Positions 25,634 to 35,694 of a stretch of DNA of 64,000 bases are shown in pieces. Below the pieces are notes generated by a model. It ran no database searches, was not told where the DNA came from, and saw nothing but the letters and a program-made list of their open reading frames with translations. The DNA is from Podarcis cretensis. Its lineage: Eukaryota. The stretch spans positions 65,782,001 through 65,846,000 of the forward strand of contig OX638155.1 in NCBI GenBank assembly GCA_951804945.1, read 5' to 3'. Numbering within the stretch: position 1 is the stretch's first letter; every line of letters starts with the position of its first letter. A program made the position numbers and the translations under genes.

Positions 25634-27499
25634 CTGGAGGAAAAGAAGAAAGAAAGAGGAAAGTTTTAAAACTGCCTTATCAATGCATTCACTGTATTTG
25701 ACACAAAGCACTTCTTGAATGACTTCAAATCATTTTACACATGCCACCCCACACTTCCTCAGGCTCCCGGCTTTATGAGTCAAAAGTTCCCAAAGGAATC
25801 TTAAGTATGCTCTTCTTCTGTGTGATTGACTCATGTGTGGCAGACTATACGTGTGATGCTGGGAAATAAATAATAATAATTTGATTCAAACCTGGAAAAG
25901 GTGGGAAAAAGCTGGAGAGTCCTCTTGGTTCATGAGGAGACCCTCTCCAGAGCCCAAACACGACAGCAGTGAGAGAGGAGAAAACCCAAAAGAGACGAAA
26001 CACAGTGGGGTTTTGTTTTGGCTATCCAGTCTCCCCACCTAGCTGTGAATGCATGTGCTAGCACATCCTCCAGCCTCCAGCCAGCCCTAGAGCAACAATT
26101 CTAATTGTGGATATTTATGGATACAGTATTTTTGGTCTGGATTGGAGAGAGTGTGGCAGAGAGGGAGCTTAAAGAGTGTTGAGAGGGTGCTCCCCACTTA
26201 TGCAATTTTCACTTATTTGTGCTGCGCCCCTGAACATAACCCCCATGTAAGTGGGGGAAAACCTGTACTGAAAAATGTAATGAAACTGAAAAATAATAAT
26301 AATGATTTCCACAACTATATTATTGAGGTTTTTTAAACGTCTGGGAGCAAACTTTTCATGGTAAGCACTTGGTGAAAAATAGACTTGCTTGCTTTCATGA
26401 AGCTGCATATTTCATAACAAAGGCTATAGTAAGTAGTAACAATTCATCAATTATAGGAATGCAAGCTTATTTGCCAATTATTATCATTTATTAAATCTGG
26501 ATACTGCCCTTCATCCGAAGATCACAGGGGATCTCATTTTGTAAAAATACAAAATGAGAACACAAAATACATAATGAAAACAAGAACAAAAGCAAACCAA
26601 AAACCATCTTCCCACAACACATTTAAAAGGACAGAATATTAATCAGCAAAAGGCTTGGTTACAGAGAAACATTTTCGCCGGTGCCAAAAGATAAGTAATG
26701 AAGGCAGCAGGTGAGCCTTACCCCAAATATCTCAAATTGGAGAAGTGCTTACAAAAGCTGAATATTGACATATTACCATGTTAAGTTTCAACAACCCCAG
26801 AACTAGACTCTGCAATACAACTGGGGGGCTTATTTTCAAAGCACAAGTTTCACAAATGAGTGTACCAATATATGTTTCAAACGATGCTTTCAAGATCCTG
26901 AGCAGCTGAAGTAGTGGTATGTGATGATGATTGTTGTTATTTAAAAAATTAAGTCTGTTTTGTTTTATGAATCATTCCCTCGAAGCACCATTTTATCAGA
27001 GTTCAAGGTCGCTCTTCCGAATTAGAGCATAGGGGGACAGACTAAATTAACCAAGTGTTCACAATGATGAGAAAGTCAAGGGGAATTTCAATAGAAATTG
27101 AATTGACACTTCCTTGCTTGGATTTAGCTGGTTTGTTTCCTCCCGGAGCATTGTCTCAAAGCTATTTCATTGTCTAAATGAATATACACAATGGGCTTAT
27201 ATGTGAGCCAAGTTTATTCTACTTTACTGTTGTCCTGTCTACCTGTAAAGCCATGTGAAGCTAAATGACTCAGTATTTTATTTACTTTATATATAGTGTT
27301 AATTTCTGGATGAAATCCCCTCAAGGTGGAAAAGGATGATATAAAATTACATTACATTTAAAGCTTTGTAATAATAATGATACCATTAATGCAAAGGGGT
27401 ATAGTTTAAGGTACACACAGCCAGGACTTTGCTGAAGCTAAGCAGTACAGGATCTGGTTTGTGCCTGAATGGGTGACAACAGCAACAGATGTAAGCTTC

Positions 27500-27741
27500 T
27501 GCACTTAGGCAGGGAGAACTACCAGCAAGGACAAATAGTACATGTGAAAAGGATCCAGGGGTTTTAGTGGGCCACAAGCTGAATATGAGTCAACAGTGTG
27601 ATGCAGTAGCGGGGGGGGGGGAGTACTGCTATTCTAGGCTGCAACAACAGAAGTATAATGTCCACATTGGAGGGCGTTGCAGTGCATTGGAGTAGATGAC
27701 TATCTGAATCCCTTCCAACTCTACAATTCTATGATTCTATG
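27500..27741 (+). mobile_element. CR1 fragment with an internal deletion
   Basis: gaaaaggatccaggggttttagtgggccacaagctgaatatgagtcaacagtgtg (CR1 ORF2-like) is joined to the tail cccttccaactctacaattctatgattctatg. Confidence 0.75.
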
Positions 27742-30700
27742 AACCTGGGAACCATAGACATACCACCTTGGATTCCATGAGAGAAGAAAAGCAAAATATA
27801 AATTTAAGAAAGAAAGAAAGAAAGGTCAAGAGCAGTTCTTTCAACTGGCCCTGGAAACACACTAGTATAAGGCCAACGGGCACAAAATTGATTTAAGGTT
27901 TTCAGACCTCTTAGCCCCAACAAGCACTCAAACAGCCACATTGTGTGAATGAGTTTGATTCTAAAGAAGACATAATTTTATTCTATCTTTATGTTGACCG
28001 TTATTACAACACTGGATGTTTGAAGGCATTCAGGAAACCTGATAAACCACGAGCAAACAGCAAAAATAAATCCTAGTTTCCAGTAACGAGCAAATAGCAT
28101 TCCTCCCGTAACTACTTTAACCCACTGACTTCCTCTATAGGCAGTTAGGCAACCTGCGAAATTTACATTCCATGCATTCATTCATTTCATTTATATACCG
28201 CTTACCATCCAAAGCATCTTGAAGCGGTTTACAATAACTAAATACATAGGTGTGTTTAAAGATATGCATACACACACAGCCCATAATAAAGCTATGTCAA
28301 ATAAATCCATCTAACATGTAACAAAATACATAAAGAATATTCGTGTCCATAAGAATAATATAAATATAATCAGAGCACTACAAGGCAGTATAATATAAAT
28401 TTTCAAACATCACAACAAAGATACAATTTTCATCCAAGCTCACATTACCACTACAAGCATTCACTACCTCAACCAATACCTATGTCAACCATAGGTGAAG
28501 CACTCATACTCAACAATATGACATCCCCCATAACAAAGGGTCACTGCCAAACATTTGTATAAAATGAATGCCTAATAGTTGAGACACTATACACACTATA
28601 CACATGCCACTTTATACTATACACATGCCCCACCCCTGCTGAACTAATAGCCCTCTCCCATCTCTCACTTGAGAAGGGCCCAAATCTATATCAGAGCTGG
28701 ATCTCATGCTGGAGGGAACAGAACTATTTTGATCCACTCGCTCCCAACTATAGTATTACAACATACCCAATACTGCAGAACTTAAAAACCTAAAACACTT
28801 GGGGTTTTGGTGTGTAGTTTTTGTTTGTTTGTTGCATTCTGTCATATTATATTTTGTACCACTGAAAGTTCAGGCACTTTCAGATGCTATAAACGATTAA
28901 AAGAAGAAGAAGATACAATTCAAGTTGTGTACATTGTGATTCTTGGATCTAATTCAAACAAGCAGTCATACCGTGCAATGAAATCCACCCGTTGCCCTGA
29001 AATTGAGTTACACTATTATATGTGTTCTCACTGCCTAGGTTGCACTGATCATTCCAGTTACCTCCTTCTGTGAGGTGTTTAGCGCTCCACAGAACAGCCA
29101 AGTATAATTCATGGGTTGCCCACCCCAAATCCCATGGAATAAAAACAAATGTATACATGTTCAAGCCAATGTGGAAATAATAGTTTGCCTATGACAAATT
29201 TAGACAAAGGTTTTCTAATTAAGATGGGGAATGACTAGACAGGCTGAGGGAGGTCTTGGCTAATCCATAGAGCTATTCATTTCTCATTAACACTGTGGAG
29301 GAAATGCTCTGAACTGTCTGTATTAAACATAAATGTAGCATATAAGTTTGGGAGTAATGGGGTTAACTTGTACATGAAGTTACTCTATCATTAAGGGCAA
29401 CAATTGGGCAAATATGTAATGAAGAAGACACATTTGTTATTGATATAGTGAGAACAGGATACCTTTTTTCAAAACACAGCTAATAATCTATCACGTTGAA
29501 AGTGGGTGTTTACACAAACTGTATATGGCAAGCAATGTTTCTGTGCAGGCCAGTTGCTACTGAGATGAATGAAAACTTGTGCAGGATCAATGCTCGATCA
29601 ATTCCACCATAACTCACCAGCTTACTTGCATCATTGCTGTATCAGATACCAAGAATGTGAATGTTGCACTTTCAAGCATCTCTGCCTGAAGTCCTCTCTC
29701 TTGCTGTGTCTCAATGCCACATGTGATATATCTACAGTTGAGACACTTGGCTCCCCCAGGGGATTCATCTCTGAGATTCCGCTGGTGCAGGTTCCTGCAG
29801 CACAGCTTGGGTCCACTGTGTCAACTGAGCTGGCAGCAATGTGAAATTTACTAGAAGCTGATTATCTGCAGTTCAACAGAGGTTGGGATTTTATTTTTTT
29901 CATAAATTTCTCCTGGCTGCTAGCACACCATTGAAAATGAAAATAAATAAATAAATGACTGAGCTCAGCCTGTATAGATTTGAAGTATGTTTAATATGAA
30001 CCCTGTGTTTCTACAATACTCAGAAATTGGTGAGTTCTGTTAAAAGACAATTAATTTATATTACTCTACAGGATTTAAGTCACTTTTCAAATCAGGGAGA
30101 CTGATGAAAAGAGGCCATGGGTGGACATAAATGTGAAAATGTATGCATAAAATGCCAGTATTGCAGCTTAATAAGCATGAAGGTTTTCTTCAAGTTTCTA
30201 AGAGTTAAAGCAGATGATCTGCAAGTTCCCCATATTATTTAAAATAATGCATAAATCACAAGCTTGCAAAAAAGTAAAAGGCATGCTCCTTTCCTGAAAC
30301 TCAGATAATTAACCTTGATTTTATTCTGCTTCTGAGAGAGACGCACACTGCATGTTAAAAATGAAATGATGTACATTTAGAACACAGAATATATGTGGTA
30401 ATCTATAAAAAGTGGTTGTCTCTGTAAGAAACCATTTGTCCCTCAGCTAAGAATGTGTGGGAATACCAGAGGAAAGAGGTGATTAGCTTTTAAGCTCCTC
30501 ATCTTCTAAGCCATTTTGACAATGCACAGAAATTGCCCTTCCTCAGGATGTTTACAAGTACTTGCCTCTAGTAAAATGTACTGAACTGTAGCCTTCCTAG
30601 CTGTCTTCACATCCCTAATGTTGATTCATTCAATCTAATTTAATTCTTGATTAAATCAGATTAGCTAGATTTGGTGATTTGCTAAGCAATTGGGTTAAAC

Positions 30701-31131
30701 TAGATGAAGTACATCTCTATAAGTCTCTAGGAGGGACTCTTTCTATACTGAGATAAAATGACAGCCAAAGAAGGGTAATAACTCTGAAATGAACATACCT
30801 CCGGATTTAAGGAACACTGTTTACTAGGGGCATTGCATGATAAGAATTATTATAACCATTACATTTTTATATAATGTGTGTGTGTTGTTCTGGCTCCCGT
30901 CCAAAACCAGTCATTTTTTTGTAGTTAAGTAAAAAAAAGTAAAATTTCATTACAGCCGTTTAATGGTACAAACTCAGCAGCTAGGAAAGAACCATATTTA
31001 ATCCAGGTGCTCTTACAATACAGAGGAATAGCAACAATATGTCCAGTCAAAGAACAAAGGAGAAGATTTGAGAGTCCAAATTAGCAGCAGGAGTTGCAAG
31101 ACTACATGGGAGCTGTGATGGGAGCAGCTGC

Positions 31132-31553
31132 AGAGACCACATAACACCAGTCTTGAAAGACCTACATTTCCGAGCACAATTCAAAGTGTTGGTGCTGACC
31201 TTTAAAGCCCTAAACTGCTTTGGTCCAGTATATCTGACGGAGCGTCTCCACCCCCATCATTCTACCCGGACACTGAGGTCCAGCACCAAGGGCCTTCTAG
31301 CAGTTCCCTCACTGCGAGAAGTCAAGTTACAGGGAACCAGGCAGATGGCCTTCTTGGTAGTGGCGCCTTCCCTGTGGAACGCCCTCCCACCAGATGTCAA
31401 AGAGAACAACTACCAGACTTTTAGAAGACATCTGAAGGCAGCCCTGTTTAAGGAAGCTTTTAATGTTTGATGTATTATAGTATTTTAATTTTTTTTGGAA
31501 GCCGCCCAGAGTGGCTGGGAAGCCCAGCCAGATGGGCGTGGTATAAATAATAA

Positions 31554-31606
<53 letters not shown>
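31132..31606 (+). mobile_element. L2-clade LINE 3' fragment with (ATT)n tail
   Basis: HITPVLKDLH...RAQFKVLVLTFKALN...LWNALP...FRRHLKAALF is the L2 ORF2 C-terminus. Confidence 0.9.
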
Positions 31607-31607
<1 letters not shown>

Positions 31608-32190
31608 ATAAGTTTCCCTGCCTACCTGGCAAGCTTTGAAGCAGAGGTGGAGAAAGTTCAGCTCTCGTGAAAAACCCTGCCCCTATGAGCATTCCTGACC
31701 CAGAGAAAGGTGCTTTTTTGAGGGAAGCGAGTCTCCTCCCTTCTCTTGATGCACCACCTCTCCTTGGGAGAGGTTGCTAGGAGTGCCTCCTCTTCAAAAC
31801 TTTCCTGTCCAGTCACAGCAGGCTGCATCCCTGAGCACCCTTGAGGGAAGGGGCAGCCCCAGGTCTACTACCTCATCAGGTCTGGATTCACCTGGGGGTA
31901 GAGGGCACTTAATCATGTGGGCTCTGCTACATAGCCTCTTACCCCAACTACTCCTTCTGAGTCCCTCACTTTCAGGTACCTCCCATTCCTGATCAGATTC
32001 CAAGGGCTCAGAGGAACCATGACATTTTGTACATAAAAAGAAAATTCTGCTCTGTCATTTACCTCGTGTATTTTATATTCTTATTCCTATATTTGTTGTT
32101 TAAGTATGATGGAAAATTATCCTTAATTGTGATATATTATGGAAATGTCTGCTCTTCTTTGGTTTGAACTCACATTTAGTTTTTTATGTA

Positions 32191-32345
32191 CAGTGATACC
32201 TTGGTTTTCGGAAGTAATCCATTCTGGAAGACCATTCGACTTCTGAAACATTCGAAAACCAAGGCACAAAGGTGGTCTGCAGAAAAATGAAAAAAATAAC
32301 ATGTACACACAGTGGAAGCCATTCGACTTCCAAGGCATGTTCAAG
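32191..32345. mobile_element. Truncated Tigger-like MITE (one TIR)
   Basis: TA|CAGTGATACCTTGGTTT terminus resembles the 8862 element. No right TIR seen. Confidence 0.6.
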
Positions 32346-32648
32346 GAGGTGAGTTTCCTTATATCCACATATCTTCTAGTAGATATCATAACACTACTTG
32401 ATAACATATGGGTACGGGTGATATGTCATCTGAGCAATTTAAAAGCTTGTCCTCTAATATTAATGCCCAAGAATTTTAGAAGTACAGGAGACCTGATATA
32501 AGATCGTTTTTCACCATCTAATGCCTGTCCCCCATCAGGCTTTCATATCAGAGATACCTTTAATCAAAGTTGGAGGATGCAATAATTTACGCAGCTGGGA
32601 CATGGATACTTTGAAATAAGGAAGCGTATTCTTGCTACCATCTCTTAA

Positions 32649-32786
32649 TAGCTCAGCCAGCAAAGCATGAGACTCAACCTCAGGGTTATGGGTTTGAGCC
32701 CCGTGTTGGGCAAAAGATTCCTGAATCGCAGGGGGTTGGACTGGATGTCCCTTGCGCTTCCTTCCAACTCTATAATTCTACGATTC
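32649..32786 (+). mobile_element. tRNA-derived SINE with CR1 tail (decayed)
   Basis: Homologous to 24305-24453. Confidence 0.75.
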
Positions 32787-33595
32787 AAAGCCTATAAGAC
32801 AAAAGTAGATAACCTCCATCCTGTGGCCTTAATTATACCCAGCATGACCCCACTGTAGCCTCCAAGACTGTTTCCCCCAAATCCTACCCTCCTGTCCCAT
32901 GCCTGACATAATATTTGATGTCAGGGATGAAGCAGGTGGAAACACAGTTACCAAGAAATGATCAGAACCCTTGAGGAGCTTGGTGCAGGACCCTTGTTGT
33001 CTGTGCTGACACCGAGCAACCTGCAGGGATCAGCTGTGCTATAGAATTCCCCACTGGGAACTTCAAAGCTGCCCTTTGCAGCAGAGGGAAGTTGCCACTG
33101 GCAAGTCCCTCCTGATGCAATTAGCTGCTTCAGGAGGGATTGCAGACTGGGAGGGGGGCAAAGGGTTAAATTTTAAAAAATCACTTACACAGCAGTCCCA
33201 AGCATGTGCGCTCTACCACAGTTGGTTGCCATGTAAAGCTACAAACAGACACATAAGGCACCGAGCCAAGGAATGCATGTAACATAGTACGTATTTTGGA
33301 AGATGAGTCCCACCTCTCCCGAATTCCCAGGAGAAGTGAGGGCTCAGCCAACAAGGATCCTCTTAAACTCTCAGAAGGTCATTGATCTGAGAACTTTCAC
33401 AGCTTACAGCCCTGATTTAGGCTCACTCCATTTTCTTTCGCAAGTGTTGTAAGAATTTTCTGTAATAGCTTATGGAAGCCACAACTGGACTTTAGCAAAT
33501 GTCTTCAAATAGTTTAATGGTGCTGGATGGTTCGTTTGTTACACTGCCCCTCATCCAAAGACATAAAGACCGGGTATCCTAGAAGCGAAAGGAAG

Positions 33596-35694
33596 ACTTC
33601 CGGAGGTGGCGCCTCCGACAATGGCGGATTCTCCCTGATTTAGAGGGAGACAGCTCCACAGAAACCGGGTCTTACTGCTGCAGCGAAGCGGGGACCCTTT
33701 CAAAAATCGCAGGCGGAAGAAGCCTGCAACCGTGGGACTCGGCGGGCACCGTTTGCGCCCCTCTGTTTGGCAAAGGAGCTCTACAAAGGGCTCCGGAGTG
33801 AGACGGTCGTTGGCGTGGTGCTGAGAGTCAATCGCTACTTCTGTGGAGTGAAGCTGCACAGCCAAAGTCGGAGAGCGCTGTCCTTTTTCCTATGCCAATT
33901 CGGATTTCAAACAACAACCCGTGAGTAGGACAATTGAAACTTGTGGATCAAAAGTATACCTTTGAATTAGAGCCGAGACGGGAAGTGTAAATAGGAAGTC
34001 CGCCTCCCGCTCTTTGTAGAAAGATCAAAGCAAAGACTTTACAAGCTAAAAGCCGTAAATTGACAGCCTGGAATTTCCTGCTCTTTTAACTACCAAACCC
34101 CCCTGACAGCAGGAGGATAGGGGGAAAACAAATCGTGACTTTGCAAATCCTGCAGAGAGTAATTTAAGAAAATAAGTCTTCACTGTTCCTGACCTGGGGA
34201 CGGAATGAAAGGAAAGAAACTGTCGGTGGTGCCTATAACAGGAATATAAGAAATCTGACAGATAGAGTTGGAAGGGGGAAAAAAGTCCAATGCTGCCTTC
34301 TGCCTGATTGTTTTATATTGAAAGGAAACAAAATATCTGAAAATCGAAAGTAACTTTTATTTTCCCTTGTTGGATACACTGTAAAAATGGATGCTAAAAA
34401 GTAACTACACCCCCTAGAGGAGGTCTGCCAGTGCTTTTGTTTTATTCTATAAAGAGAACATAGCAGCTGGGAAAATCAGACTGTGGGACCAGCTTTCTGA
34501 CCTTGACAGAATGATGAGAGAGGAAGTTTTATCTGCCCTGGACAAAATATATGATGTGCTGCAACAGATGGATGAGAAAGTGTCTCTTATGAATCAAGAG
34601 ACGGCCTACATTTTAGCTGCAGTTAATAAGGAGGTGCCAATGGAATGTACAGTTACAGAAATTGCACAACAATCTACCCAGGATATTGACTTAGGGCAAG
34701 CGCATGAAGTTATGAATGTATCTCATAAGACACAGAGTCTTCAAGTTTTACAGGATCAGAAGCCGCAACATTGGGAGATGGAATTCGCAGGACACTGGTT
34801 AAATTGTGGACTTAAGAGAGTTATTATCTTTGGTGGGATTGTGAAACAAGGGGAAGATTATCCTTGGATTTACTACCCTTTGGATTACAAACTAGATATT
34901 GGGGAGTGCAACACTGGGGAATGGGACAACTGGATAAAAGGAGATGAAGAATTTTACTGCATAGAGTCCTCCAGGGATTGGCTCCCCAAAGAGAAAGAGA
35001 AGAAAATACGAAAGAATACAACAGGGAACAAGGATCTATGTAACTACAAACAGAAACAAGAAAACTCGCAGAGGGGGCCTGGAGGTGACTTGAGTGCCTC
35101 AGATATTAGAACGCCGGACTGACAAGGGTGAAAGACTTAAGGACTGACATTATCCGGAACCAGGAAAAGGGACGTTGGAGAAACTTAAAATGAGAAATGC
35201 TTTTGTAATAAATTCATATTTATGGAATTAGTGTAATTCTAATGAAATACTGAGATGCTGGAAAGGAAGTAATTGGCTTTAGCAATGGTTTAAATCTAAG
35301 AATTTTAAAGATTTGAGGACAAGATAAAATTGGGGAAATAAGAATTTGTAAGAATGGGTTGATTATAAATGAAAATATGAGGTAAATATCACATGGGGAT
35401 ATATAATTAAGGGTAAGACAAGTGGCTATGAATTTGCTGAATTAAATTTAAAATGGAATACAAGGAGGGAGGTGAGAGGAAGTCAGGAAAATAAGTTAAA
35501 GAATGTTGAGAATTTGAAAGGAGAGATTTTTATTTTTATTTTTCTTATCTTTTTGTTTTTTGTGTGGAATTTTTGATTTTTGATTACTGTAATTTTTCTT
35601 TTTCTGTCTCTGATGTTGTTGGTTTTTTTGTTATCTTTGTGGTCTTTATTCTTGAGAAAACTTAATAAAATATTATTAAAAAAAAGAAAGAAGA
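33596..35694 (+). mobile_element. Non-autonomous L1 derivative (HAL1-like), diverged relative of 17020-19267
   Basis: Perfect 15-bp TSD AGAAGCGAAAGGAAG at 33581-33595 and 35695-35709. 5' end (g)acttccggaggtggcgcctcc...aatggcgga. AATAAA followed by an A-rich tail. Shares 5'UTR and 3'UTR blocks with the 17-19 kb element. Confidence 0.88.
34511..35122 (+). CDS. Intact 203-aa ORF of the non-autonomous element; highly diverged L1 ORF1p derivative
   Basis: Longest ORF in the track. MMREEVLSALDKIYDVLQQMDEKV aligns with MSIEEALAVALNKISDSLEQLNKKV, EFAGHW with EFADFW, and QRGPGGDLSASDIRTPD* with QKGLGKELRASDRRSPG*. Expression unknown. Confidence 0.6.
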   Translation: MMREEVLSALDKIYDVLQQMDEKVSLMNQETAYILAAVNKEVPMECTVTEIAQQSTQDIDLGQAHEVMNVSHKTQSLQVLQDQKPQHWEMEFAGHWLNCGLKRVIIFGGIVKQGEDYPWIYYPLDYKLDIGECNTGEWDNWIKGDEEFYCIESSRDWLPKEKEKKIRKNTTGNKDLCNYKQKQENSQRGPGGDLSASDIRTPD

